NCBI RefSeq assembly: GCF_006345805.1
Contig: NC_042997.1
Coordinates: 75,144,001 to 75,208,000, forward strand
From: Octopus sinensis
Taxonomy: Eukaryota
Reading direction: 5' to 3'
Length of the DNA: 64,000 bases
Shown: positions 1 through 13,459 of the stretch, one piece after another
How the letters are laid out: each line of letters starts with the position of its first letter
How positions within the stretch are numbered: the stretch's first letter is position 1
Notes under the pieces: model-generated
The model's input: the letters and a program-made list of their open reading frames with translations, nothing else
What the model was told of the DNA's origin: nothing
Databases searched by the model: none
Program-made: the position numbers and the translations under genes

Positions 1-513
1 GTAAAATTAATTAATTAATCAATTTCACCAAGTATTCAGTATGCAAAGGGACCAATTAAGGCGAATTCAAATTATTACATTATATAAAAGGGCTTAGTAA
101 AATAAATTACTTTGCCGCATACTGAACTCATTAGAAATAGCAGCTAAAAAAAACTTTTTTAAAGCTATTTCTAATATTACTAAGCCCTTTTATATAACGT
201 AATAATTTGAATTCGCCTTAATTGGTCCCTTTGCATACTGAATACTTGCTGAAATTGATTAATTAATTAATTTTACCCTCAATTGTTGAAATTATAATTC
301 ATCTCTCTCTATATAATGCCTCGGATTTTACCGAAAAAAGCATAGTGTTTACTGATTTTAACTCACGCTGGTGGAAAGGGGAGAGCAGAAATTCTTCGCT
401 TGCATTTTTGAGTTTGCTGGCACTGTTAGTTTCGAGCAGATCTTCAGAAGCGATAAGAAGCCGAAAGGGTATGCTCACACTTTCAGTGTTTTCAAATCCA
501 AACCAGGGAGTTC

Positions 514-566
514 TGAGCTGATGATAGAAATGTCGAGTTTGACTAATCTTGAATCGTACGTTCTCA
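514..566 (+). ncRNA. Type I hammerhead ribozyme, core-mutated copy (GAAA>GAAT)
   Basis: tgag-CTGATGA-stemII-GAAT-cgtacg-TT-ctca. Confidence 0.6.
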
Positions 567-1070
567 AATAACCTTTGCATTTGATTTTTAATGTCTCTAC
601 CCCCATACTTTCGTGAGTTGAATTGAGCAAACACTATATGAGAGAGGTTTTCTTTAAGTATTAGAAATAGCTTTAAAAAAGTTTTTTTAGCTGCTATTTC
701 TAATGAGTTCAGTATGCGGCAAAGTAATTTATTTTACTAAGCCCTTTTATATAATGTAATAATTTGAATTCGCCTTAATTGGTCCCTTTGCATACTGAAT
801 ACTTGGTGAAATTGATTAATTAATTAATTTTACCCTCAATTGTTGAAATGATAATTCATCTCTCTCTATATAATGCCTCGGATTTTACCGAAAAAAGCAT
901 AGTGTTTACTGATTTTAACCCACGCTGGTGGAAAGGGGAGAGCAGAAATTTTTCGCTTGCATTTTTGAGTTTGCTGGCACTGTTTGTTTCGAGCAGATCT
1001 TCAGAAGCGATAAGAAGCCGAAAGGGTATGCTCCCACTTACAGTGTTTTCAAATCCAAACCAGGGAGTTC

Positions 1071-1123
1071 TGAGCTGATGATAGAAATGTCGAGTTTGAC
1101 TAATCTTGAAACGTACGTTCTCA
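1071..1123 (+). ncRNA. Minimal type I hammerhead ribozyme
   Basis: Stem I tgag/ctca, core CTGATGA, stem II aga..gtc/gac..tct, GAAA, palindromic stem III acgtacgt, GUU triplet. Confidence 0.75.
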
Positions 1124-1315
1124 AATAACCTTTGCATTTGATTTTTAATGTCTCTACCCCCATACTTTCGTGAGTTGAATTGAGCAAACACTATATGAGA
1201 GAGGTTTTCTTTAAGTATTAGAAATAGCTTTAAAAAAGTTTTTTTAGCTGCTATTTCTAATGAGTTCAGTATGCGGCAAAGTAATTTATTTTACTAAGCC
1301 CTTTTATATAATGTT

Positions 1316-1642
<327 letters not shown>

Positions 1643-2490
1643 ATTGATTGATTGATTGATTGATTCTAGTTTCAGTATGAGCTGTGGCCATGCTGGGGCA
1701 CCGCCATTTGGTGTTGCTACTTGGTTTCACTTCATGGAGGCTTTCTAGCAAACTGCTTTTTGGTGCATGAGAGAGTTCGATGCAGCTGCCCTCATCTGCC
1801 CCTCCTGCCGTGAAGTTGGTTCATCTGGGACACCTGACAGGAAGAGATCCAGCTCCATTTTAAAGACATCTGTATCCACCCCATGCAGGTCTCTCAGGTT
1901 CTTCGGGAGGATATTGAAGAGCTATGGGCCTCGGAAGCCCAGGCTATCACAGAATCTTGTCCTACATCTTGATGGCAAGTTTGGAGTCCTAGGCACCACG
2001 CAGTGGCGCCCAGTTCTGGCATTTGCGTAACTCTCGATGCCAAAGTTCAGGACACTTCCCTCCAGGATCTTCCAGATGTATATTATGGCATATCTTTCCC
2101 GCCTACGCTCCAGGGAATATAATTTTAATCTCTTGAGTCTTTCCCAGTGCTTACATTCTGCATAGAGGCTATCTTCTTCGTGCAGCTTCGTTGGATCGCC
2201 TCAAGTTCTGTGATCAACTTGACACTGGATGGTGACCATAGCTGAGAGCAATAGTCAAAGTGGCTTAGGACAAGTGTCTTCCAGAGGACCATCATGGTTT
2301 CTTGTTCTCTTGTTCTAAAGGTTCTAAGAATCCATCCAGCCAGCCGTCTGCATTTCATTGTCAGTTTAGCAACATGTACATGAAAGATCGCGTCATCACT
2401 CATGTGAATACCCAGGTCACGCACTGATTGTGCCTCTGGGATTGCAATCCCTCCGGGTCCAGTGTATTCCTTGGGTATTGCATTCAGTTG
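1643..2490 (-). mobile_element. 5'-truncated CR1-group LINE (3' end of ORF2, 3' UTR, (CAAT)n tail)
   Basis: ORF 2125-2499 matches the ORF2 C-terminus of other copies ([19 protein letters not shown]). Conserved 3' end ccccagcatggccacagct. Confidence 0.9.
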
Positions 2491-2553
2491 GGTATACATA
2501 TGTATATGTATGTATATATGTATATATATATGTATATATAATATATATGTATG

Positions 2554-2622
<69 letters not shown>

Positions 2623-2640
2623 TGTATATATATATATATG

Positions 2641-2688
<48 letters not shown>

Positions 2689-2870
2689 GTATAATATATA
2701 TATATGTACGTATATATGATCTATATATATATATATGTTATATATATCTGTGTATAATATGTATGTATATATGTATATATATGTATATGTATGTATATAT
2801 GTATATATATATATATGTATATATATGTATTGTATATATATATTATATATATATATATTAATATATATAA

Positions 2871-3126
2871 TTTAGGGTAAAAATTGATATTTATGAATTA
2901 GAACCAGTGGTCTAGCATATAAAGAAAGAATCCGAAGATTAAAATATTTATATATACCAATTAAGGACTGCACACGAAAAGTGGACAGTCAACATGCTAG
3001 ATATAGACGTCAAATCGCCATTCTCCACATGTCTCCACATTCTCCACATTCTCCACACGGAGAATGGCGATTTGACGTCTATATCTAGCATGTTGACTGT
3101 CCACTTTTCGTGTGCAGTCCTTAATT

Positions 3127-3135
<9 letters not shown>
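2871..3135 (-). repeat. Short element ending in a ~75-bp inverted repeat; probable truncated PLE end with 5' inversion
   Basis: ~2950-3026 is the reverse complement of ~3059-3135. Spacer is made of ctccacat repeats. Flanked by (TA)n. Confidence 0.5.
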
Positions 3136-3168
<33 letters not shown>

Positions 3169-3169
<1 letters not shown>

Positions 3170-3546
3170 CTCTCTCTATATAAACGGCAGTTTGTCTGTG
3201 GTGTTTTCTGTGTGTCTGTTTGCTTGTACCCTCACCTGACCACGGCTTTCAACCGATTCTGATGAAACTTGACACACACATAGCCCAATGCCATAATTCA
3301 AAACTAACGCAGCGAAAATTTTGAAAAGTTCCCCCAGTTCTGAAAAAAATCGATAAATTCGACATGGGGTCGAAAATCAGAAACACGAACCACAAACTGT
3401 CTAGGGGACGCAACTCCCCTTTTTTAACTAAAATAAATTTACCATAATTTTTTTCCATTTTTTTGCTGTTTTTTGGCTATAACTCTCTAAAATGCTTTAT
3501 AGTTATTTCCCTTACAAACCTGAGCAACGCCGGGCGATACTGCTAG
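3169..3546 (+). mobile_element. Non-autonomous Helitron
   Basis: 5' TC..TATATAAA; 3' hairpin cctgagcaacgccggg then CTAG; inserted between A and T. 3' end shared with the 54.6-61.4 kb array. Confidence 0.8.
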
Positions 3547-3599
<53 letters not shown>

Positions 3600-3632
3600 G
3601 TATGTATATATATATGTATTGATATATATATG

Positions 3633-3664
<32 letters not shown>

Positions 3665-3909
3665 GTATATATATATATATAGATAATGTATATATATATA
3701 TATATATATATGTAATATATATATATATGTATATATATATATATTGTATATATATATATGTATATATAATATATGTATATTATATATATATGTATATTAT
3801 ATATATTATATATATATATATATATATATTATATATGTATATATATATAATGTAATATATATATATCTAGTAATTTCTGTATATATATATGTATTTATAG
3901 TATAATATG

Positions 3910-4026
<117 letters not shown>

Positions 4027-4056
4027 GTATATATATATATGTATTATATATATATG

Positions 4057-4137
<81 letters not shown>

Positions 4138-4158
4138 GTATATATATATATATATATG

Positions 4159-4199
<41 letters not shown>

Positions 4200-4210
4200 A
4201 TATATATATG

Positions 4211-4624
4211 TGCGCAGGAGTGGCTGTGTGGTAAGTAGCTTGCTAAGCAATCACATGGTTCCGGGTTCAGTCCACACTGCGTGGTATCTTGGGCAAGTGT
4301 CTTCTGCTATAGCCCGGGCCGACCAATGCCTTGTGAGTGGATTGGGAGACGGAAACTGATAGAAGCCTGTCGTATATATGTATATATATATATATGTATG
4401 TGTGTGTTTGTGGTCTGTGTTTGTCCCCCTAGCATTGCTTGACAACCGATGCTGGTGTGTTTACGTCCCCGTCACTTAGCGGTTCGGCAAAAGAGACCGA
4501 TAGAAAGTACTGTGCTTACAAAGAATAAGTCCCGGGGTCGATTTGCTCGACTAAAAGGCGTTGCTCCAGCATGGCCGCAGTCAAATGACTGAAACAAATA
4601 AAAGAGTAAAAGAGTAAAAGAGTA
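4211..4624 (+). mobile_element. tRNA-derived SINE
   Basis: A-box-like tggctgtgtgg, B-box-like ggttcagtcc, CR1-like 3' stem-loop, (AAAAGAGT)n tail. Second copy at 61435-61843. Confidence 0.85.
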
Positions 4625-4689
4625 ATATGTATCTATATATGTATATATATTATAATATATGTATATATATATATGTGTATATATATATG

Positions 4690-4720
<31 letters not shown>

Positions 4721-5045
4721 GTATATATATATATGTATATATATGTATATATATATGTATATATTAAATTAATTAATAAGGGTGAGAGAATTAGATACTA
4801 TTTAATAGTATATCTATTCAACACAAGTGGCCTAGTGCTCCGAGAAACCTGGATTATTATAATATTTTATAACATATTATAATATTTTTACAAATAAATA
4901 TAAGAGAGTGGTCACTATATGGCTCACTCGCACCAGTTAATCCAAAAGGTTTCCAAACCACGAAAATACATGTTTCCCATGAAAGTCAGTACGATTGTTA
5001 GCTCACACGGACAGGGCAAATAAAAAATAACAAAAATACAGATTA

Positions 5046-5130
5046 TTTTGGGACAATTGTTTCGCTATTAATGAATTAAATGTAATTTTACACTTACAAA
5101 AAAAATCCATTTGTAGCTCGTCAGCCAAAA
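5046..5130 (-). ncRNA. Minimal type I hammerhead ribozyme, copy 1
   Basis: Minus strand: ttttgg-CTGACGA-gcta(long loop)tagc-GAAA-caattg-TC-ccaaaa; GUC site. Confidence 0.85.
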
Positions 5131-5576
5131 CTATCTGGATGCAATCCACTCAATCACACGCCAGATTTTACCATAACGATAAATACGCGTGTGGTTCAAT
5201 TGATTACATCCGACGTTATAATTCAAATGCCCCAACCAACAGCGCGCCAAACTTTCACGGAAAACAAATACAGCATTTAGAAATAATGCAGCATAATTAT
5301 AATTAATTAATAGGTGTGATAGAATTAGATACTAATTTAATAGTATATCTATTCAACACCAAGTGGCCTAGTGCTCCGAGAAACCTGGATTATTATATAT
5401 TTTATAACATATTATAATATTTTTACAAATAAATAAAGAGAGTGGTCACTATATGCTCACTCTAGCACCAGTTAATCCAAAAGGTTTCAACAACCACGAA
5501 AATACATGTTTCCCATGAAGTCAGTACGATTGTTAGCTCACACGACAGGGCAAATAAAATAACAAAAATACAGTTA

Positions 5577-5658
5577 TTTTGGGACAATTGTTTCGCTATT
5601 AATGATTAAATGTAATTTTACTTACAAAAAAAATCCATTTGTAGCTCGTCAGCCAAAA
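5577..5658 (-). ncRNA. Minimal type I hammerhead ribozyme, copy 2
   Basis: Same core and stems intact; differences confined to the stem II loop. Confidence 0.85.
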
Positions 5659-6109
5659 CTATCTGGATAAATCCACTCAATCACACGCCAGATTTTACCA
5701 TAACGATAAATACGCGTGTGGTTCAATTGATTACATCCGACGTTATAATTCAAATGCCCCAACCAACAGCGCGCCAAACTTTCACACGGAAAACAAATAC
5801 AGCATTTAGAAATAAATGCAGCATAATTATAATTAATTAATAAGGGTGAGAGAATTAGATACTATTTAATAGTATATCTATTCACACCAAGTGGCCTAGT
5901 GCTCCGAGAAACCTGGATTATTATAATATTTTATAACATATTATAATATTTTTACAAAATAATATGAGAGTGGTCACTAATATGGCTCTCACTCTAGCAC
6001 CAGTTAATCCAAAAGGTTTCACCAACGAAAATACATGTTTCCCATGAAAGTCAGTACGATTGTTAGCTCACACGGACAGGGCAATAAAAAATAACAAAAA
6101 TACAGATTA

Positions 6110-6191
6110 TTTTGGGACAATTGTTTCGCTATTATGAATTAAATGTATTTTTACTTACAAAAAAAATCCATTTGTAGCTCGTCAGCCAAAA
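6110..6191 (-). ncRNA. Minimal type I hammerhead ribozyme, copy 3
   Basis: Same core and stems intact. Confidence 0.85.
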
Positions 6192-6710
6192 CTATCTGGA
6201 TGAAATCCACTCAATCACACGCCAGATTTTACCATAACGATAAATACGCGTGTGGTTCAATTGATTACATCCGACGTTATAATTCAAATGCCCCCACCAA
6301 CAGCGCGCCAAACTTTCACGGAAAACAAATACAGCATTTAGAAATAAATGCAGCATAATTATAATTAATTAATAAGGGTGAGAGAATTAGATACTAATTT
6401 AATAGTATATCTATTCAACACCAAGTGGCCTAGTGCTCCGAGAAACCTGGATTATTATAATATTTTATAACATATTATAATATTTTTACAAAATAAATAT
6501 AAGAGAGTGGTCACTATATTCTGTATTTTTGTTATTTTTTATTTGCCCTGTCCGTGTGAGCTAACAATCGTACTGACTTTCATGGGAAACATGTATTTTC
6601 GTGGTTGAAACCTTTTGGATTAACTGGTGCTAGAGTGAGCCATATAGTGACCACTCTCTTATATTTATTTTGTAAAAATATTATAATATGTTATAAAATA
6701 TTATAATAAT

Positions 6711-9700
6711 CATCTGCCCTCATCTGCACCTACTGCCGTGAAGTTGGTTCATCTGGGACACCTGACAGGAAGAGATCCAGTTTCATTTTAAAGACATCTG
6801 CATCCACCCCATGCAGGTCTCTCAGGTTCTTCGGGAGCATATTGAAGAGCTGTGGGCCTCGGAAGCCCAGGCTATCACAGTATCTTGTCCTACATCTTGA
6901 TGGCAAATGTGGAGACCTAGGCACCACGCAGTGGCGTCCAGTTCTGGCATTTGTGTGACTCTCGATGCCAAAGTTTGGGACACGTCCCTCCAGGATCTTC
7001 CAGATGTATATTATGGCATATCTCTCCCGCCTATGCTCCAAGGAATAGAGTTTTAATCTCTTGAGTCTTTCCCAGTAGCTTACATTCTGCATAGAGGCTA
7101 TCTTCTTCGTGTAGCTACGTTGGAGCGCCTCGAGTTCCGTGATCAGCTTGACACTGGATGGTGACCATAGCTGAGAGCAATAGTCAAAGTGGCTTAGGAC
7201 AAGTGTCCTCCAGAGGACCATCATGGTTTCTTGTTGTCTTGTTCTAAAGGTTCTGAGAATCCATCCGGCCAGTCGTCTACACCTCATTGCCAATTTAGCA
7301 ACATGTACACGAAAGGTTGCGTCATCACTCATGTAAGTACCCAGGTCACGCACTGATTGTGCCTCTGGGATTGCTATTCCTCCGGGTCCAGTGTATTCAT
7401 TGGGTATTGCATTTAGTTTTGCATGTTGATAGTATAAAGCTTGAAACTTCTCAGCATTGAACTGCATGCTATTCTTTTCAGCTCACTTGTATATTTTGTC
7501 CAGCTCACATTGCAGGCGTTTAGTGTCCTTAGGGTTCTGTATTGCCTGTGAAACTTTTGTATCATCTGCATAACTTGTGATCGTGGCTCTCTGCGTGGCT
7601 GAGGGCATGTCTGAGAGGGCTATTATGAACAGTAGTGGTCCCAAAACAGTGCCCTGCGGAACACCGCTCACTATTTGCGTGTTAATGGAAGTGGCCCCAT
7701 TGGCTACTACCACCTGACTTCTATTCTTCAGAAAGTCATGAAGCCATTCTCCCAGTTTTCCAACTATGTTGAGATCACGCAGTTTGTGACATATCATTCC
7801 GTGATCGACTTTATCAAAGGCCTTTGCAAAGTCGAGATATATCACTTCCACATTTGAGTGGTTGAGCAGTCGTTTCAGCACCCAGTCATAGTGTTGTAGG
7901 AGCTGAGTTAAACAGCTTCTCCCTGGTCGGAAACCATGTTGGGTGTCGGGCAGCAAGTCATTTTCTTCAAGGAAGGTGATCAGTTTCCTGACTATTCGTT
8001 CCATGACCTTGCTGATGTGTGATGTCAGAGAGATAGGTCTGTAGTTCTTGGCCTCCGATCTGCTACCTCCTTTATGAATGGGGCATATTTTACCTTCCTT
8101 CAGTTTTCTTGGAAGTTTGCCAGCTGCAAGGAAGCTCTGAAAGAGGAACTGCAGTGGTCTTGCTAGGATTCTCTTACATACTTTTAGGAGGATTGCTGGG
8201 AATCCATCAGGGCCAGTAGCTGAGTCTGTTTTCATTTCATCTATAGCCTTTATTACATCATCTTCCTTTATATCGATGTGATCTATCGTCGCTGCCTCTG
8301 ATTTTATATCTGCAGTGGTAAAGAAGTCAGTTGGATTGGTGATTTGGAGATGCCCAAGGGGTGGAGTGAAAACACTCGTGAATTGCTCATTCAGTATTTC
8401 ACTTACCCTCATTGGTTTTCCTGTAAGTGTGCCATCCATTTCAAGGAGTGGCCCTATTCTACTGTGCAACGTAGCTGTTTCTTTGGCATACCTGTAGAAA
8501 GCTTCGGGATTAGATTTTATGTTGTCTATACCCAGGCTTTTTGTCTGCTCTTTCCTTTTCATGGGAGAGTTGCAGACATTTTTCAATTTCCAACAGTTTT
8601 ATTTTCAGGCGGGTCTTTCACTGCTTCAATCTGTTTGTTTAGGCGATTTGAAATTTTGTACGCCGTCTCATTAAAATTTTCCTCTCTCTGGGATTTTGTT
8701 CTTGTGTGTACAGTGGCCATTCTCTCTGGACACATTTGTAGCATATGGCTTGCATTACAGACATGAATGTTGAAGTTTCACGTCGATGTCTGGCGAGGAG
8801 AGACATTTAGGCCAGTTTTGTTTGAGGATCTCTTTCTTATTTGTTTTCCAGTTTGCCTTATGGTAGTTCAAGCTGGAAGATTCTGAGGGTTTCTTGTAGG
8901 CTGCATGTCCGTGCTCTCTTTTGGCCCGTACATGGTCAGCTCTACCATGTTGTGATCCGAGAGTAGTGTCGGTGTCCTCTTCACATTATGGATGAGATCC
9001 ATATTATTTGTGAAGCAGAGATCCAGTGTGTTACCTGCCCCTGGGTGGTTGGAGTATTACTTGCTCCATGTACAGGGTGTTGATGAGGTTCAGGAGGGAC
9101 CTCGCCTGTCCTCGTTCACATCTTGTCATTCCTGGGAGAGAAAGGCCCTCAGGCCATCTGACATTGGGTAGATTGAAGTCTCCCATGTGTTGTTCTAATG
9201 TGATTAGAACTTCTTCTATTTTTGTAAGGCAGTCTTCAAACTTGCCTACATGGCTTGGGCCATCTGGAGGGCGATATGTAGCACACACATCTACATCAAG
9301 TTGCCTTATATGTACAATTAGTGTGTCACACACCGAGTTTGAGTATGACAAAAGGACCTGGGGTGTGAGGTCCTCACGGATGTACATAGCAACTCCTCTA
9401 TGACTCCTTTCTTTTCTGTCGGTCCGTAGTACAACATACTGTGGTATGTGTAATTCCGCATCTGCTATGTCCGGTTTCAGGTGCGTTTCCGTAAGTGCTA
9501 TGCATAAGGCTTGATTGCATGCGACAAAGTCTCTCAGGAACGATATTTTTGTCCTGTTACTGAGTGTTTGCAGTCCTCTGATATTCAGTAGGAGCATCGA
9601 GGTGAGGTGTATGTTGTTGCCGGCGGTGTCCATCTTGGGTCTGTTTGCTGTGGTGGTCTTGTATATTGTGGGTAGTCCCACCTGTGAGCTTGGGTTTGAT

Positions 9701-10252
9701 GAAGCCAGGTCAGCTGCTGTACAATCTTTTGTGCCATGCACAAAAAAGATTGTTGCTCAGCAGCTGCCCTTTCAACAACGTCATGTTGGCGGTTTGTGGC
9801 ACGCACCACATCTGCGTACCTCCGTTTTGGGGCAGGTGGTGCGTGGTCCATCCCTTTTCCTTGTGTTGATGGTTTGTTTATCTGTTTTCGTTTCGTGTCT
9901 CTGCGGCAGGGTCCCCGATGTGCAAAGCGGCAGCCTGCACCATCCTCTCCATGCCAGCAGGTACCTCTCAGGTAGAACCTATACACCCGTGTGCGCTGTC
10001 CGTTTCCATCCCTTGCGGTTCCACTTCTATTCCTGGCTGTTTCACCCTTTGGTCCTGCTTGAGCTTTTCCTTTAGCTCTTTCAGTCCTTCTTATAGTTCT
10101 TCCTCCCTCTACTTCTTCCGTGGGTTCTCCATCTCCATGGCCCTTGCTGCCGGTAGGAGCACTTGTACTTGGGTTCAATTCTCGGGCAGGTTTCTCACTC
10201 AAAACCCCTTCCCGGGTGTCCACCAGGTGGGGTGACTTCTTTCATCGTCTCC
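6711..10252 (-). mobile_element. CR1-group LINE, degenerate (partial ORF1, APE endonuclease, RT)
   Basis: APE motifs LLNIRGL, LTETHL, GDFN (9031-9741). RT motifs YLDFAKAFD, GVPQGTVLGPLLF, YADD (7483-8586). Frameshifts present; 3' UTR missing at the junction with the hammerhead array. Confidence 0.92.
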
Positions 10253-10548
10253 ATATATATGTATATATAGAGATATATAATATGTATTATATATATAATA
10301 TATATATATATATATATGAATATAATATATAATAATATATATATTATATATATATGTAATATATATAATATATATGTATATATATATATATATATATAAT
10401 ATATATATATGTATATAATATATATATATATATATGTAATATATAATATATATATGTAGTATATATATATATGTATATATATATATATGTATATTGTATA
10501 TATATATATATGTATTATTATATATAATATATATGTATATATATATGT

Positions 10549-10584
<36 letters not shown>

Positions 10585-10809
10585 GTTATATATATATATG
10601 TATATATATATGTATATGTATATATTATGTATATATATATGTGTATATAATATAATATATATATGTATATATATATATATGTATACATATATATGTATAT
10701 ATATATATGTATATATATATATGTATATATACATATGTTACATATATATGTATATATACTTGTTACATATATGTATATATATATATATGTATATATATGT
10801 ATATATATG

Positions 10810-10840
<31 letters not shown>

Positions 10841-10848
10841 TATGTATA

Positions 10849-10879
<31 letters not shown>

Positions 10880-12508
10880 TAATATATATATATATATGTA
10901 TATATATATTATATACAAGATATATATATATACAAGATGGCGCTGAACTAACAACAAGTGTGTTAACGTGTCTCTCCTAAAGATTAAAGAAGTCCTTCCA
11001 GAGATCGATGTTATCAGAAGCGAAATTGTCTGCAAAGCGAATATAAGTGAGAGTACAACAAGTCACTGTATTTGAGAAGAATATTTTCGCTTTTGATATA
11101 TTATTTGCAACTAGAACATACTCGCGAATACACGTGTGTTACTTCCCGAAATCGAAGTGAATTTTATTCTTTGTCTGTGAATCAACAAGACACAGTATTT
11201 TTGAGAAGGATATTTTCGTTTTTGATGTCGTATATCTGCGTGTTCTGAAAGCCTCTGAAAAATTTGCTGCTTAATACCAAATCGCTTAGGAAAATATAGA
11301 AAGTATCGTTATTTGTTTGCATGTACGAAATCGGAACTCTAATTCCTTTTGTTTACAAAATACGATTAAGGAATATAAAAGGTCTATCTTATCTATCTAT
11401 CTTCCTTTCTTATAAAAAGGAATCACGTAAGTATTCTCTCAGCCGGTAAGGTAAGGAAGATATTATTTATTTATTATCATTATCATTAGTGTTCTTTCAC
11501 TAGAAGATAAAAATTAAAAAAGATATAAAAATACGCGCTATTCTATCTTTATAATTTGTCCTCCGTTTTTGCCACACACTCTCTCCTTCTCTTACTTACA
11601 TTTCTATTTCTATCTCTCTCATACAGTTTATACCTTATCTGTCTCCATCCACCAGACCCTCTATTTCCGCTGTCACTCTCCCCTCCTCCCTCTCTCTCCC
11701 TCTGCCATCGTTTCTCTTTCTGCATCTCTCTCAGATCAACTTCTCACATCTCACCCCCCCTCTCAGTTCCTCAACTTCACTCATTCTCTCTTGTATCTAT
11801 ATACCGATAACCCGCCCTCTTCTCTCTCTCTCTGTACTCCCCCTCCCTCTCTGTTACTCTCCCCTCCTCTCTCCTGCCTCTTTCCTCTCCTGCCTCCCTC
11901 CTTCACAGGTCAAACCCCTTTTCCCCTTCCCCTTCTGTCCCCTTATTTCTTTCTCTACACCACCCTCCCTGTCCCTTTACTACACTCTCTTGCACCTCTG
12001 TTGCGCCCCCTCTCTCCCTCTTCCCCCTATTTTCTTCCTACCTTTCCTCTCCCTGCTCCCTCTAAGGCTCACCCCCTTGTGTCTTTTTTCCTCTTTCTGT
12101 CTCCTTCCTCCACACCACCCTCTCTGTCCCTTTACTTCACTCCCTGGTACCTCTATCCTGCCCTCTCTCTCTCTCCTTCTCCATTTTATCTCGCTCTCTC
12201 TCTCTCCCTCTCCATTTTATCTCTCCGCCTTTCTTCTCCCTGCTCCCCCTAGGGTCCACCACCCTCTTGTCTCACTTTTCCACCTGTCCCTTTCTACTAC
12301 AAAAACTACAACACTCTATCCCGCTCACTCTCCCCCTGCTGACCTGCTTCTTTCCCTTTCTCTTTTTTCCCTCTTTATTTTCTCTCTTCTCTTTCTCTCT
12401 TCTCTCAGGACAATCCCTCGTCTCTCTCTCTATCCCCCCTGGCTTTTCTCCTTTCTCTTCTCCCTCTCCATCTTATCCTCTCTCTGTTCTATATTTCACT
12501 AGACGAAA

Positions 12509-13459
12509 ATGGCAAGAAACTGGTCTGCGAGAGAGGTGCAATTGTTCGTCCGCGCTGGAGGATTGCTGAGGACGACTCGCCGAACAAAATTATTGCAGCG
12601 GCGGCGCTGAAAAGCAACAATTTTCGAGAACCACCCGCCCAGATAGAGGCGAAAGAAGCGAGAATTTGTCCGTTCGTACGCTCTAATCAGGCAACATGTA
12701 GACACCCTGGACATCATCCTAGGAGGCGACGGCACCAGGGAAGGCCAAAAGGATGAAGAAATCATCCAGAACCAAACGGAGAAACCTAGAACACAGGGAA
12801 ACAATGACACATGTCCAGCTCCCAACACCACAACTGAAGACCAAAGAGGTGCGATGGCCGCAAGAAAAGAAAAGCACCCTAAAATTGATGGAAAACAGGA
12901 GGTAAAAGGCGACAAAATCAAAATCAAAGCTAAAAGAAACCCTGTCCAGAGAAACAAAAGGACCCCAGCAAGAACTATAAGGGCAAAGAAAGAAACATCT
13001 GCAAATTCTACCTGAGTGGGGACTGTTGGTACGGCGTCGAAGGTGCAAACTGTCGCTTTGCACATCGGAGGCCCTACCAAAACCGCACGGACGCGAGACA
13101 GAGGTTCCTCCCTCAGGGGGAACAAAAAAAAAGTTAAAAGAAGGGAAAAAAGCGCACTGACCACTACTGAAAGACGGTATGCAGATGTGGTGCGCGGAAA
13201 CCCAACAGGTGGCCAGCTTCACCCAGATGTGAGAAGGGCGGCAGCTGAACAGCAATCTTTTTTGTGCATGGCACAAAAAATTGTTCAGCAGCTGACCTGG
13301 CTACAAGCACAAAGCTGGAACTACCACCACATAAGGCCACCTCCAACAGATGCAGGATGGCCACAGATGCAGGATAGCCACCACAGACACCAACACCAAC
13401 ACACACACCACAAAAATATTTCTACTGAATGTAGGAGGGCTGCTGCGCGGAAACTGTAA
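12509..13459 (+). pseudogene. LINE ORF1 with CCCH zinc finger (stops and frameshifts)
   Basis: ICKFYLSGDCWYGVEGANCRFAH at ~12996-13065. RRYADVVR...FLCMAQKIVQQLTWL is shared with the copies at 9585-10223 and 50887-51279. Confidence 0.7.

Larger units (their letters stand above)
1..1315 (+). mobile_element. Non-coding PLE pLTR/retrozyme-like element: ~2 tandem 557-bp units preceded by an inverted partial copy
   Basis: Direct repeat with 557-bp period (514 vs 1071). 1-175 is the reverse complement of ~658-833. Hammerhead motif in each unit. 3' end runs into (TA)n. Confidence 0.75.
4767..6710 (-). mobile_element. Non-coding hammerhead tandem array: 3.3 x ~532 bp plus an inverted partial copy (retrozyme/PLE-pLTR-like)
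   Basis: Units start at ~4767, 5301, 5831 and 6363. 6519-6710 is an inverted copy of the unit. One hammerhead per full unit; no credible ORF. Confidence 0.8.

Noticed and set aside
299-1191. Duplicated 111-aa and 66-aa ORFs in the 557-bp repeat
   Set aside because: Non-ATG starts and no recognisable domain; they recur only because the DNA is repeated.
3259-3275. CTGATGAAAC resembling a hammerhead core
   Set aside because: No stem II between CTGATGA and GAAA and no closing stem I; lies inside a Helitron.
11556-12502. Leu/Ser/Pro-rich ORFs
   Set aside because: By-product of a CT-rich tract; the same applies to 21935-22336.
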